Of a stretch of DNA of 64,000 nt, positions 28,491-39,037 are shown piece after piece; the stretch's first letter is position 1; every line of letters starts with the position of its first letter. The notes under the pieces were generated by a model. It did no database searches. It saw only the letters and a list, made by a program, of their open reading frames with translations, and was not told the DNA's origin. Source of the DNA: Candidatus Portnoybacteria bacterium RIFCSPLOWO2_01_FULL_43_11 (GTDB taxonomy: Bacteria > Patescibacteriota > Minisyncoccia > Portnoybacterales > UBA2143); contig MHNE01000008.1 of NCBI GenBank assembly GCA_001819605.1, forward strand, positions 13,054 through 77,053. The letters are read 5' to 3'. The position numbers and the translations under genes are program-made.

Positions 28491-30563
28491 TTAGGTTTTC
28501 ATAATTTTCAAAAACTCTTTCTCGTCAATAATTTTTACTCCCAACTTCTTCGCTTTATCAAATTTTCCGCCCGGCTCTTTACCCACAACAACGAAATCAG
28601 TTTCTTTAGAAACTGAACCGGAAATATCGCCACCTAAGCCCCTTATTTTTTCTTTGGCTTCATCGCGGGTCATTGATTCTAATTCGCCGGTCAAGACAAA
28701 AATTTTATCTTTAAACTTTAAACTTAAAACCTGAAACTTGGGTAATTGAATCCGGAGATTAGCTTTGTCTAATTTTTCTAAAAGTTTGAGGTTGTGTCTA
28801 TTATGGAAATAATCATAAATGCTTTGACCAACCACCGGCCCAATATCTTGGATATTCTGTAAATTTTCTAAAGAAAATTTATTGTAAAATTTAATCAAAT
28901 CATTTATGTTTCGGATTTCGGATTTTGTATTTCGGATTTCCTGCGAAAACATGATGGCTGTTTCTTCACCAACATGTCTAATCCCTAAAGCGTAAATAAA
29001 TTTAGCCAAAGGGATTTTTTTACTTTTTTCAATCGCTTCAACCAAATTCTTGGCCGATTTTTCCGCGAATCTTTCTAGGGGCGCTAAATCTCCTTCTTTT
29101 AAAGCGAAAATATCAGCCGAGTCATTCACCAAACCCTCATCCATTAATTGATTAATAATTTGGGGGCCTAAGCCGACAATATCAAAACCTTTTTTGGAAA
29201 TAAAATGTTCAATTTGTTCTTTTTGCCGGGCTCCGCACTGATTATTGGAACAGCGATGAATTGCCTCGCCGGCCGGTTTAATAACTTTGGCGCCGCAAAC
29301 CGGACATTTTTCAGGCATCTGAAATTTCTTTTCATGGCCGGTTCTCATTTTCTTTAAAACTTTAACTATGTCCGGAATCACATCCCCGGCCCGCTGGATA
29401 ATCACGGTATCGCCTATCCGAACATCCAGCCGCTTAATCTCGTCTTCATTGTGAAGCGTGGCCCTGGTAATGGTCGTGCCGCCCAGCCGCACCGGTTTTA
29501 AAAAAGCCACCGGAGTCAAGGCGCCGGTCCGGCCCACCTGAACAATAATATTTTCCACAATAGTGGTCGCTTCTTTTCCCGGAAATTTAAAAGCGATTGC
29601 TCCTCTTGGCGCTTTGCCAACCACGCCTAATTTTTCAAAAATATTATTGTTATTTACGCTCACCACTATCCCGTCTATTTGGTACGGCAGTTTTTCCCTT
29701 TCTCTTTTTACTTTTTCATAAAAATCAATAACTTCTTTTAAGTTTTTAGAATATTGACCATTGTCGGTCTTAAATCCCAAACATTCGGCAATCTGATGCT
29801 CTTCCTTATGAGTCTTTTGGCCTAAATCCGTGATAATGTCGTAAGCCAAGAAATTTAATTGGCGTGAGCCGGCTATTTTAGAGTCAAGCTGTCTGATGCT
29901 TCCGGCCGCGGTATTTCTTGGGTTGGCGTAAAGCGGCTCGCCTTTTTTCTCCCTTTCCTGATTAATTTTTTCAAAGGATTTAGCGGTCATATAAACTTCG
30001 CCGCGCGCTTCAATCTCGCCTTTATGAATTAAGGCCTGAACTTTCTCTGTTATTTCTTGAGAAGCTAATTTCCGGTGAATTTCTATTCTTAAAGGAATAG
30101 AAGAAATAGTTTTCAAGTTTTGACTGACATCTTCGCCGATTTTTCCGTCGCCGCGCGTTGAACCTTCGCTTAAAATTCCATTTTTATAAACCAAACTAAT
30201 GGCAAAGCCGTCAACTTTCAATTCCGCGAAATAATCTATTTTTTTATCAGGCGCTAATTTCTGAATTCTCTCCCGCCAAGATTCTAATTCTTCCGGGCTA
30301 AAAGCGTCTTCCAAAGAAAGCATCGGAGTTTTGTGTCTGACTTTTTTAAATTTATCCAAGGGCTTACCACCCACCCGCTGGGTCGGCGAATCAGGAGTGA
30401 TTAATTCCGGAAATTGTTTTTCTATTTGTTCTAATTCATGCTTTAAAGAATCAAGAGCCGCGTCGCTGATTTCCGGCTTATCTAAAACATGATAAAGATA
30501 ACGCTGGCGATCAATCTCCTTCCTTAATTGATCAATCCTTTTTCGAGCTTCTGGTTTAGTCAT
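28491..30563 (-). CDS. ligA: NAD-dependent DNA ligase
   Basis: ELKVDG, NPRNTAAGS, VGRTG, C4 zinc finger, BRCT. Confidence 0.97.
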   Translation of the reverse strand: MTKPEARKRIDQLRKEIDRQRYLYHVLDKPEISDAALDSLKHELEQIEKQFPELITPDSPTQRVGGKPLDKFKKVRHKTPMLSLEDAFSPEELESWRERIQKLAPDKKIDYFAELKVDGFAISLVYKNGILSEGSTRGDGKIGEDVSQNLKTISSIPLRIEIHRKLASQEITEKVQALIHKGEIEARGEVYMTAKSFEKINQEREKKGEPLYANPRNTAAGSIRQLDSKIAGSRQLNFLAYDIITDLGQKTHKEEHQIAECLGFKTDNGQYSKNLKEVIDFYEKVKREREKLPYQIDGIVVSVNNNNIFEKLGVVGKAPRGAIAFKFPGKEATTIVENIIVQVGRTGALTPVAFLKPVRLGGTTITRATLHNEDEIKRLDVRIGDTVIIQRAGDVIPDIVKVLKKMRTGHEKKFQMPEKCPVCGAKVIKPAGEAIHRCSNNQCGARQKEQIEHFISKKGFDIVGLGPQIINQLMDEGLVNDSADIFALKEGDLAPLERFAEKSAKNLVEAIEKSKKIPLAKFIYALGIRHVGEETAIMFSQEIRNTKSEIRNINDLIKFYNKFSLENLQNIQDIGPVVGQSIYDYFHNRHNLKLLEKLDKANLRIQLPKFQVLSLKFKDKIFVLTGELESMTRDEAKEKIRGLGGDISGSVSKETDFVVVGKEPGGKFDKAKKLGVKIIDEKEFLKIMKT

Positions 30564-30629
30564 ATACTCTTAATTATAATCTGGTTGCCATTAAAAATAA
30601 AGATGATATAATCTAAATACGAAATCTTT

Positions 30630-30756
30630 AAATTAACCTAATTTCTAATTAACCTAATTGACCTAATAAAATCCCAATAACCAATGACTAAAATTAGACA
30701 TTAGAAATTCAAGAATTAGACATTGATTAGAAATTAGATATTAGAAATTAGAAATT
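30630..30756. repeat. AT-rich inverted tandem-repeat tract upstream of dnaE
   Basis: (AAC/TTT)CTAAT units followed by complementary ATTAG(AA/AC) units. Confidence 0.65.
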
Positions 30757-30760
30757 TTTT

Positions 30761-33700
30761 ATGCGTTTTACCCATCTTCATGTCCACTCTCATTTCAGTC
30801 TCTTAGATGGTCTTCCCAAAATAGACCAGCTTTTGGATTACTGCCATGAACTTAAAATGAGTTCTATCGCTTTAACCGACCACGGCTCTCTGTATGGAGC
30901 GGTGGAGTTTTTTCAAAAAGCCAAAAAAAGAGGAATTAAATCAATAATCGGAAGCGAGATGTATCTGGCCCCCAACGGCATGCGCCAAAGACGGCCGAGT
31001 ATTGACGATAAACGATATCACTTGGTTCTTTTGGTTAAAGATAAGGAGGGATACCGGAATTTAGTAAAATTAACCACCAAAGCTTATTTGGAAGGTTTTT
31101 ATTATAAGCCGAGAATTGATAAGGAATTACTTAAAAAACATTCGGCCGGCTTAATCGGCTTGACCGCCTGTTTAAGCGGAGAAATCCCCAGAGCCATCAC
31201 TAATGGCCGCCTTGACGAAGCGGAAAAAATCGCTCTGGAATATCAGGAAATTTTCGGCCCGGGAAATTTTTATCTGGAACTGGAACATCACCCGGGCCTT
31301 GAAAAGCAAAAAATAGTCAATCAAGAGCTGATTAAAATAGGTAAAAAACATCAAATTCCTTTAGTGGCTACAAATGATGTTCACTATCTTAAGCCCGAAG
31401 ACGCGGAAGCTCAAGATGTTTTAATGGCTATTAACACTGACAAAAAAGCCACTGATGAAAATAGATTAACAATGAAAAGCGATAACTTTTCCCTTCGTTC
31501 GCCGGAAGAAATGAGCGAATTATTTAAAGAAGCGCCGTCAGCGATTACCAATACCCAAAAAATCGTTGAACAATGCAGTTTTGAATTTGAGTTAGGAAAA
31601 ATTCAATTCCCTCATTTTGAAGTGCCAAATGGCCAGACCCCGGACGAATTTCTTAAAAATCTGTGTTTTCAAGGACTTAAAAAACGTTACCAAAATATCT
31701 CAAAAGAAATTTTAGACAGGCTGGATTACGAGCTATCGGTTATCAAACAAACAAAACTCGCTTCTTATTTTTTAATCGTTCAGGATTTTGTCAACTGGGC
31801 CAAATCCCAAAATATTGTCGTGGGCCCGGGCCGTGGCAGCGCGGCCGGTTCTCTGGTTTCTTTCCTTTTAAATATTACCGATGTTGACCCGATAAAATAT
31901 AATTTACTTTTTGAGCGCTTTCTCAATCCGGATCGCATTGAAATGCCTGATATTGATTTGGATTTTGCCGATGATAGGCGAGACGAAGTAATTGAATATG
32001 TCAGAAATAAATACGGCGAAAATCATATGGCGCAAATTATTACTTTTGGGACAATGGCGGCCCGAGCCGCGGTCCGCGATGTGGGCCGCGCCTTAAATTA
32101 TCCCTATAGTTTCTGCGACCAGATAGCCAAAATGATTCCCTTTGGCTTGACTTTGGAAAAAGCCATCTATGAATCCCAGGAACTTCATAAAATTTATGAG
32201 TCGGACGAATCGGCTAAAAGATTGATTGATATGGCCAGAAAACTTGAGGGAGTGGCGCGGCACGCTTCCACTCACGCGGCCGGCGTGGTTATTACCAAAG
32301 AAAATATTGATAATTTAGTCCCCCGCCAGCATCCCACTCAAGACGACCAGACAATTGTCACCCAATACGAAATGTATTCCATCGGCGATTTAGGCCTTTT
32401 AAAAATGGATTTTCTCGGCCTTAAGACCTTAACCGTTATTCAAAACACGGTTAATCAAATCAGAGAACGGCTTGGCCAAAAAATTAATCTGGACGGCCTC
32501 CCCTTAGACGATAAAAAAACTTTTAAATTATTCAGGGAAGCTAATACCACCGGCGTTTTTCAACTGGAAAGCGGGGGCATGAAAAGATATTTAAAAGATT
32601 TAAAACCAACTCAATTTGAAGACATTATGGCGATGGTGGCTCTTTATCGGCCCGGGCCAATGGAGTTTATTCCGGAATTTATCGCCAGAAAACACGGCAA
32701 AAGAAAAATCAAGTATCTTCATCCGAAACTTAAACCGATTCTGGAAAACACATACGGAATCTGCGTTTATCAGGAGCAATTAATGCGCATTGCCCGCGAT
32801 TTAGCCGGCTTTACTCTGGGAGAAGCCGATGTTTTAAGAAAAGCGGTTGGCAAAAAAATCAAAAAACTTTTAGACGAACAGAAAGAAAAAATGATTGAAG
32901 GAATGGTTAAAAATGAAATTGAACCGGAAACCGCAGAAAAGATCTGGCAGTTTATTGAGCCTTTTGCCCGTTACGGCTTTAATCGGGCCCACAGTTGCTG
33001 TTACGCCACTATCGGTTATTGGACCGCTTATCTAAAAGCTAATTTTCCCACTGAATTTATGGCCGCTTTAATGACTTCCGAACAAAACGATATTGAGAGA
33101 ATCGCTTTTTTGGTTAATGAATGCCGGCAAATGGACATCAAGGTGTTGCCGCCGAACATCAACGAAAGCGAAGAAAATTTTACGGTGGTCGGCGACAGCC
33201 AGATTCGCTTCGGCCTTAAGGCAATAAAAAATGTCGGCCATAATATTGTCAGAACCATTGTTTCTGAAAGAAAAAACCTCGGGCAATTTAAATCAATTAC
33301 TGATTTTGTTGAGCGGGTTCAGTCAAGGGATCTGAATAAAAAATCCATGGAAAGTTTGATTAAATGCGGGGCGTTTGATAATTTCGGCGAGAGAAATCAG
33401 TTACTGGCCAGCTTGGAACAAATCCTTAATTTAGCGCGGGAAATCCAAAAAGCCAAACAGAGCAACCAAATCAGCTTATTTGAAAACCAGCCTTCAGTTG
33501 GCGTATCTTCCTTTATTCTTCAGGAAGTGGCGGCCGCCGCTAAAAAAGAAAGACTGACTTGGGAAAAGGAACTGCTCGGCCTCTATGTTTCAGAACACCC
33601 ATTAGAAGATTATCAAGAAAAAATAAATCACGAGACCACTCCCCTAAAAAACCTTTCAAAGGAGCTAAACGGACAACAAATTATTATCGGCGGAATTATC

Positions 33701-33919
33701 AATAAAATTCAGAGAATCAATACCCGCGCCGGCCGGCCAATGCTTTTTGTGGGAATAGAAGATTTAACCGGCAGTATAGAGGTTTTAGTTTTTCCGTCCG
33801 TGCTTGAACAAACCTCAACTACCTGGCAGGAAGACAGAATAGTTATGGTCAGAGGCCGCTTAAGCGACCGGGGCGGAAAGTTGAATCTTTTGTGCGATAG
33901 TGTTAAAGTAATAGAGTGA
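30761..33919 (+). CDS. dnaE: DNA polymerase III alpha subunit
   Basis: HLHVHS PHP domain, GRGSAAGS, PDIDLDF, FNRAHS; no intein. Confidence 0.97.
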   Translation: MRFTHLHVHSHFSLLDGLPKIDQLLDYCHELKMSSIALTDHGSLYGAVEFFQKAKKRGIKSIIGSEMYLAPNGMRQRRPSIDDKRYHLVLLVKDKEGYRNLVKLTTKAYLEGFYYKPRIDKELLKKHSAGLIGLTACLSGEIPRAITNGRLDEAEKIALEYQEIFGPGNFYLELEHHPGLEKQKIVNQELIKIGKKHQIPLVATNDVHYLKPEDAEAQDVLMAINTDKKATDENRLTMKSDNFSLRSPEEMSELFKEAPSAITNTQKIVEQCSFEFELGKIQFPHFEVPNGQTPDEFLKNLCFQGLKKRYQNISKEILDRLDYELSVIKQTKLASYFLIVQDFVNWAKSQNIVVGPGRGSAAGSLVSFLLNITDVDPIKYNLLFERFLNPDRIEMPDIDLDFADDRRDEVIEYVRNKYGENHMAQIITFGTMAARAAVRDVGRALNYPYSFCDQIAKMIPFGLTLEKAIYESQELHKIYESDESAKRLIDMARKLEGVARHASTHAAGVVITKENIDNLVPRQHPTQDDQTIVTQYEMYSIGDLGLLKMDFLGLKTLTVIQNTVNQIRERLGQKINLDGLPLDDKKTFKLFREANTTGVFQLESGGMKRYLKDLKPTQFEDIMAMVALYRPGPMEFIPEFIARKHGKRKIKYLHPKLKPILENTYGICVYQEQLMRIARDLAGFTLGEADVLRKAVGKKIKKLLDEQKEKMIEGMVKNEIEPETAEKIWQFIEPFARYGFNRAHSCCYATIGYWTAYLKANFPTEFMAALMTSEQNDIERIAFLVNECRQMDIKVLPPNINESEENFTVVGDSQIRFGLKAIKNVGHNIVRTIVSERKNLGQFKSITDFVERVQSRDLNKKSMESLIKCGAFDNFGERNQLLASLEQILNLAREIQKAKQSNQISLFENQPSVGVSSFILQEVAAAAKKERLTWEKELLGLYVSEHPLEDYQEKINHETTPLKNLSKELNGQQIIIGGIINKIQRINTRAGRPMLFVGIEDLTGSIEVLVFPSVLEQTSTTWQEDRIVMVRGRLSDRGGKLNLLCDSVKVIE

Positions 33920-33942
33920 ATTGACAACTCGCCACGAATGTT

Positions 33943-35667
33943 ATGCCCTCCTCTGAAATAGAAATAATTCGTCATTCCTTAGCTCATGTTTTAGCGGCCG
34001 CGGTCCGGGAAATATTCTCCGGGACTAAATTTGGTATTGGCCCGGTTATTGAAAACGGGTTTTATTATGATTCTGACTTACCTATTCCCCTTACCCCGGA
34101 AGACCTGCCTAAGATAGAAAAGAAAATGAGAGAACTGATCAAAAAAAATATTGCCTTTGAGAAACAGAAAATCTCAAAAGAAGAAGCTAAAAAACTATTT
34201 AAAGATCAGCCCTATAAATTAGAACTCATCAATGAACTAAAAGAAAAAGAAGCAACTATCTATAAATCAGGAGATTTTATTGATTTGTGCCGCGGCCCTC
34301 ATATCAAATCAACTAAAGAAATCAATCTGGACGCTTTCAAAATAACTAAAATAGCCGGCGCTTACTGGCAAGGCGATGAAAAAAATCCAATGCTGACCAG
34401 AATTTATGGAGTGGCTTTTGACAATAAAAAAGATTTGGATAATTATTTAAAAAACCTTGAAGAAGCAGAAAAAAGAGACCACCGGCAACTGGGCCAAAAA
34501 TTGGACTTATTTCATATTGACGAAGAATTTGGGGCCGGCTTGCCGCTTTGGCACCCAAAGGGCGCTCTTTTAAGACAGATTATTGAAGACTACTGGATTG
34601 GTGAACATTTAAAAAACGGCTATGAATTATTAAGAACGCCTCATATTGCCCGCTTGGGCCTCTGGCAAAAATCGGGACACTGGGATTTTTATCGGGAAAA
34701 TATGTATTCGCCGATGGATATTGAAAATGAAAAGTATATTGTTAAGCCCATGAACTGTCCCGGACATATTTTAATTTATAAAACGCATATCAGAAGCTAC
34801 CGGGATTTGCCGCTTCGCTGGGCAGAATTAGGCACTGTTTATCGCTATGAACGTTCTGGGGTTTTGCACGGGCTTACGCGGGTGCGCGGTTTTACCCAAG
34901 ACGACGCTCATACTTTTTGCGCTCCGGAGCAACTCGGCCAAGAAATTGATTCCACTATTAAATTCGGCCTAAAAATGCTAAAAACTTTTGGTTTTAAAGA
35001 GTATGATATCTGTCTTTCAACGCGGCCGGAAAAATATGTAGGCGCTCTCAAAAACTGGGAAAAAGCTACCAAAGCGCTTGAATATGCTTTAAAAAAACAA
35101 GGGTTAAAATATCAGGTTGATCCGGGCGAAGGAGTTTTTTACGGACCAAAAATTGACATTAAAATTAAAGATTCTTTGGGCCGGGCCTGGCAATGCACTA
35201 CCATCCAAATTGATTTTAATCTGCCGGAAAAATTTGCCGTTGCTTATGTGAATCAAAAAGGTAAAAAACAACAGCCGATTATGATTCACCGCGCCTTACT
35301 CGGCTCCTTAGAACGTTTCACTGGAGTTTTAATTGAACACTACGCCGGCGCTTTTCCAGTTTGGCTTTCGCCGGTCCAAGCCTGGATTATTCCAATAGCC
35401 AACCGCCATAATAAATACGCTGATAAAGTCAATCGGCAACTGACGGCCCATAATTTACGACTGGAAATAAAAAATGAAAACGAAACGGTTTCAAAAAGAA
35501 TCCGCGAAGGCGAACTCCAAAAAATACCCTACATGCTGGTAGTCGGCGACAAAGAAGAAAAAGCCAAATCAGTCGGAGTCAGAGACAGGAAAAAAGGCGA
35601 CATTGGCATGATGAAAATTGAAAAATTTATAGAAAAAATCACTAAAGAAATAAAAAATAAAAAATAA
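33943..35667 (+). CDS. thrS: threonyl-tRNA synthetase
   Basis: DLCRGPH, KPMNCP, RVRGFTQDDAH, FYGPKID. Confidence 0.97.
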   Translation: MPSSEIEIIRHSLAHVLAAAVREIFSGTKFGIGPVIENGFYYDSDLPIPLTPEDLPKIEKKMRELIKKNIAFEKQKISKEEAKKLFKDQPYKLELINELKEKEATIYKSGDFIDLCRGPHIKSTKEINLDAFKITKIAGAYWQGDEKNPMLTRIYGVAFDNKKDLDNYLKNLEEAEKRDHRQLGQKLDLFHIDEEFGAGLPLWHPKGALLRQIIEDYWIGEHLKNGYELLRTPHIARLGLWQKSGHWDFYRENMYSPMDIENEKYIVKPMNCPGHILIYKTHIRSYRDLPLRWAELGTVYRYERSGVLHGLTRVRGFTQDDAHTFCAPEQLGQEIDSTIKFGLKMLKTFGFKEYDICLSTRPEKYVGALKNWEKATKALEYALKKQGLKYQVDPGEGVFYGPKIDIKIKDSLGRAWQCTTIQIDFNLPEKFAVAYVNQKGKKQQPIMIHRALLGSLERFTGVLIEHYAGAFPVWLSPVQAWIIPIANRHNKYADKVNRQLTAHNLRLEIKNENETVSKRIREGELQKIPYMLVVGDKEEKAKSVGVRDRKKGDIGMMKIEKFIEKITKEIKNKK

Positions 35668-37238
35668 TGCCCATACTTTCTCAACCAACCGAAGAACTTA
35701 TCCAGGAATTTAAAAGATTTATTTTGACCAAGCCGGAAGAAGGCTCAACTATTCATGTTGACTACATTGCCAGCAAAGTAGCCAGTTTTTACGAACGGAT
35801 CAGAAAGATTTTAGATTATCAGGAAGAACATCTTCTTAGAAAAAATGCCATTGACCGCATGCTTAAAAGAAGATTAATTCTTCAGACAAATAATAAAGGC
35901 GGAATGGCCGAATCTCTAATCTGCGAACTAATCAGGGCCGGCTATCTGCCAAACGACGCCATTCCTGAAAGCGAAATCGGGGCCGTGGAATTAATTATCA
36001 GTAAATATGTATTCCTTATTGATGCTTCGGCTGATCTGCCTCAAAAACAAAGAGAAGGAACATTCAATTGGCTGATTAGCTTGGCCTCTTGCGAGATTGA
36101 AGAAAAATTAGCCCCCCCTCATAAAGACCAAGCCTTGGCTGATTATATGTACGCGGTAATCAAAGAAAGAATCGTTTTAAGAAATACGAATTTAAACCAG
36201 GATGAAAAAGATACGCAAGTCTTTATCGCCATTCAAAAAGCGCTTCTTCGAACTGATCGCGCTTTATTGAATTACCGGCTCCTTAAGTGGCACTATCCCG
36301 AATGGACTCAAACAGACCAGCAGTTTTTAACTGAAATAATCCCTCAAATCGCTTCTATAAAACTTGCCCTATCCCAAAAAATAGATCATCCTTTAGGGCC
36401 AAAATTCTTTAAAATCTGCAATCAATACAACACTCCTTATCTCGTTTTGGGCGATGTGCTTTTGGAAAATTCTGACGCCTTAAATCAGCCGGAAAGACTG
36501 GAAGATTTAATCAAAGAAGCCTATCAGGAAAGGTATAAACGTTCTAAAAATAAATTGCGCCGGGCCGCTGTTTTAAGCACTCTTTCTATTTTTGTGACTA
36601 AAATACTTTTGGCCTTGGCCATTGAAGTGCCCTTTGATCTTTATATCGCCCATCAGCTTATTCTTCTTAATCTCGGCATTAATATTCTCTTTCCTCCTCT
36701 TTTAATGTTTTTAATCGTTAAAAGCATCAAGCCGCCAAAAGAGGAAAACGCGCAAAAGGTCGTTTTGGAAGTAATGAAAATAACCTATCAGACAAAAACT
36801 CAAGACCAATATGAAATAAAAACAGTTGTTGAAAGGAACGTATTTTTAAGAGGAATAATTAACCTGTTCTATCTAATTACATTCCTCGTCACTTTTGGTT
36901 TAATTATTTGGGCGTTGGATAAACTAAATTTCAGTTGGCTAAGTATGGTTATTTTCCTTGTTTTTATCTCTTTAATCTGCTTTGCCGGCTTGAGAATCCG
37001 CCAACGTTCCAAAGAATTAAGCGTGGAAAAAGAAAAAGAGAGCGGCTGGGTCTTCTGGATTGAACTTTTCGCCTTGCCTTTAGTCCGCGTAGGCAAATGG
37101 CTGTCAAATCAATGGACGCGGTTTAACATATTAGTGGTTATTTTTGATTTAATTTTGGAAGTGCCATTTCAAATTTTTGTGCAATTTTTAGAAAATTGGC
37201 GCCGCTTTCTTAAGGAGAAAAAAGAAGAAATACAATAA
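35667..37238 (+). CDS. hypothetical membrane protein, translationally coupled to thrS and atpB
   Basis: 523-aa ORF with C-terminal TM helices; TAATG overlaps on both sides. Confidence 0.8.
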   Translation: MPILSQPTEELIQEFKRFILTKPEEGSTIHVDYIASKVASFYERIRKILDYQEEHLLRKNAIDRMLKRRLILQTNNKGGMAESLICELIRAGYLPNDAIPESEIGAVELIISKYVFLIDASADLPQKQREGTFNWLISLASCEIEEKLAPPHKDQALADYMYAVIKERIVLRNTNLNQDEKDTQVFIAIQKALLRTDRALLNYRLLKWHYPEWTQTDQQFLTEIIPQIASIKLALSQKIDHPLGPKFFKICNQYNTPYLVLGDVLLENSDALNQPERLEDLIKEAYQERYKRSKNKLRRAAVLSTLSIFVTKILLALAIEVPFDLYIAHQLILLNLGINILFPPLLMFLIVKSIKPPKEENAQKVVLEVMKITYQTKTQDQYEIKTVVERNVFLRGIINLFYLITFLVTFGLIIWALDKLNFSWLSMVIFLVFISLICFAGLRIRQRSKELSVEKEKESGWVFWIELFALPLVRVGKWLSNQWTRFNILVVIFDLILEVPFQIFVQFLENWRRFLKEKKEEIQ

Positions 37239-37936
37239 TGGAAATTCATTTATCAGCCGAAGAAATCTTCGGCTTAAAAAATTTTAATATTACCAATACG
37301 CTGATACTATCCTTTGTTATCACATTGGGCTTTTTGTTTTTTTCTAAAATAATTTCTTCCCGACTGAAGCTTGTTCCCTTAAGATGGCAGAATTTTTTTG
37401 AGGCCCTAATTGAAACGATTCTTAATTTTATGGAAAGTGTCTTGGAAGACAAAAAAAAGGCCAGAAAATTTTTCCCCTTAGTGGCGACTATCTTTATTTT
37501 TGTTATTCTTTCCAATTGGCTGGAAGTTCTGCCGGGCCTCGGCAGTATTTTCCTGCGCTCTCCAAGCAGCGACCTAAACTTTACCTTGGCTATCGCCATA
37601 TCAGCCGTTATCAGCATCCAAGTCTTTGGTATTTTAAGCATTGGTTTCATTAAATACGGCAAACGTTTTATAAATTTTTCAAGTCCGATTAATTTTTTTG
37701 TCGGTATTTTAGAAATAATCAGCGAAGCGGCCAAGATTATTTCTTTTTCTTTCCGGCTTTTTGGCAACATCTTTGCCGGCGAAGTGCTTTTAATCGTCGT
37801 CTATTTTTTAGCGCCCTATATTCTCCCCCTGCCTTTTATGTTTTTGGAAATATTTGTCGGCTTTATCCAAGCCTTGGTTTTTTCAATGCTCACTTTGGTT
37901 TTCCTAAAAATTGCCACCGTTGAAGTTGAACATTAA
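37238..37936 (+). CDS. atpB: ATP synthase Fo subunit a
   Basis: SFSFRLFGNIFAGE, FIQALVF. Confidence 0.95.
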   Translation: MEIHLSAEEIFGLKNFNITNTLILSFVITLGFLFFSKIISSRLKLVPLRWQNFFEALIETILNFMESVLEDKKKARKFFPLVATIFIFVILSNWLEVLPGLGSIFLRSPSSDLNFTLAIAISAVISIQVFGILSIGFIKYGKRFINFSSPINFFVGILEIISEAAKIISFSFRLFGNIFAGEVLLIVVYFLAPYILPLPFMFLEIFVGFIQALVFSMLTLVFLKIATVEVEH

Positions 37937-37938
37937 GC

Positions 37939-37966
37939 TTGATTTTCGTAATGAAATCAGTATAAT
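37939..37966 (+). promoter_or_regulatory. internal promoter upstream of atpE
   Basis: TTGATT-16 nt-TATAAT. Confidence 0.55.
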
Positions 37967-37989
37967 TAAAACAACGAAGGTCGTATAAA

Positions 37990-38072
37990 TTAAATCAAAA
38001 TTCAAATCCCAAAAATCAAAATGTAATTTTAAATTTTATTTTTGCATTTTGATTTTTACATTTTGAATTTTT
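37990..38072. repeat. AT-rich inverted heptamer tract in the atpE leader
   Basis: TCAAAAT-like units followed by ATTTTGA-like units. Confidence 0.6.
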
Positions 38073-38077
38073 TTATC

Positions 38078-38305
38078 ATGGACATAGAATCAATCAAACT
38101 CTTAGCTTCGGCTATGGCTATAGTCGGCGGCTCTATCGGCCCGGCCCTAGCTATCGGCTGGCTGGCAGGAAAAGCAATGGACGCCATTGGCAGAAATCCG
38201 GAGGCGTCATCCAAAATTCAGACTTCAATGATTTTAGCCATCGCTTTTGCCGAAGCCATTGCCATTTACGCGCTGGTTATCGCGCTGATTATTAAGTTTG
38301 TTTAG
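38078..38305 (+). CDS. atpE: ATP synthase Fo subunit c
   Basis: GRNPE loop, FAEAIAIY; start moved to MDIESIK. Confidence 0.95.
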   Translation: MDIESIKLLASAMAIVGGSIGPALAIGWLAGKAMDAIGRNPEASSKIQTSMILAIAFAEAIAIYALVIALIIKFV

Positions 38306-38331
38306 AAAATTAAGGAGCTTTATTTTTTAGC

Positions 38332-38838
38332 ATGGAACTCTTACTGGAAAAACTTGGCCTTGAGCCGCATATTCTTCTTGCTCAAATAATTAATTTTTTG
38401 ATTCTAATTTTTGTTTTGCGCAGATTTCTATACAAACCTTTAATTAAATTTTTAGACAAAAGAAAAGACATTATTGAAAAAGGATTAAATGACGCTCAAA
38501 AAGCCAAAGAGGAATTAAGTAAAATCCAGACTATAAAAGAAGAAAAAATTATTGAGGGTGAAAGAGAAGCTGATAAAATCATAGAAAAATCCAAAAAAAC
38601 GGCCGAACAAAAAAGCGGCTTGATTTTAAAAGAAACGCAGGAAAAATCCGAAGGCATAATCAAAGAAGCGAAACAAATGGCCGAAGAAGAAAAAAAGGAA
38701 GCCAAGCAAAAACTCAAAGAAGAAATTCGCGATTTGGTCTTTCTCGTCTCTTCCAAAATTTTGGAAAAAAATATCGGCCAGAAAGAAAATGAAGAGATTA
38801 TAAATCAGCAATTGAATTTATTGAATAAGAAAGTTTAA
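38332..38838 (+). CDS. atpF: ATP synthase Fo subunit b
   Basis: QIINFLIL, LYKP, coiled coil. Confidence 0.92.
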   Translation: MELLLEKLGLEPHILLAQIINFLILIFVLRRFLYKPLIKFLDKRKDIIEKGLNDAQKAKEELSKIQTIKEEKIIEGEREADKIIEKSKKTAEQKSGLILKETQEKSEGIIKEAKQMAEEEKKEAKQKLKEEIRDLVFLVSSKILEKNIGQKENEEIINQQLNLLNKKV

Positions 38839-38853
38839 TTCATATTTTTTACT

Positions 38854-38934
38854 ATGCCCATCAAAGAATTTTTTAGACCGACAAATAAATCAACTTTATA
38901 TTGGCTCATTTTGGGAGCGGTGGTTAAATTTTAA
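38854..38934 (+). pseudogene. truncated duplicate of the 5' end of the 40113 gene
   Basis: 38863-38925 equals 40122-40184 with one mismatch; reads MPIKEFFRPTNKSTLYWLILGAVVKF*. Confidence 0.85.
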
Positions 38935-38978
38935 ATTGTAATTTTTAACTTTTCCACTCTGCTAGTTTTTAAATTTAC

Positions 38979-39033
38979 TGTTTCATTTTTTGTTTCAAAA
39001 TGATACAATTACGAATAATATATGATACAATTA
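38979..39033 (+). promoter_or_regulatory. fic promoter/operator
   Basis: TGTTTCA x2 and TGATACA x2 boxes; TGaTACAAT 6 nt before ATG. Confidence 0.55.
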
Positions 39034-39037
39034 AATC

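Noticed and set aside
30630-30756. CRISPR-like array
   Set aside because: Units are 7-9 nt without unique spacers, and there are no cas genes.
30761-33919. Inteins or introns in dnaE, gyrB, fusA
   Set aside because: Lengths are normal and there are no splicing motifs.
37976-37984. AAGGTCG motif in leaders (also near 25783)
   Set aside because: Only two occurrences, too few to support a regulatory motif from this window.
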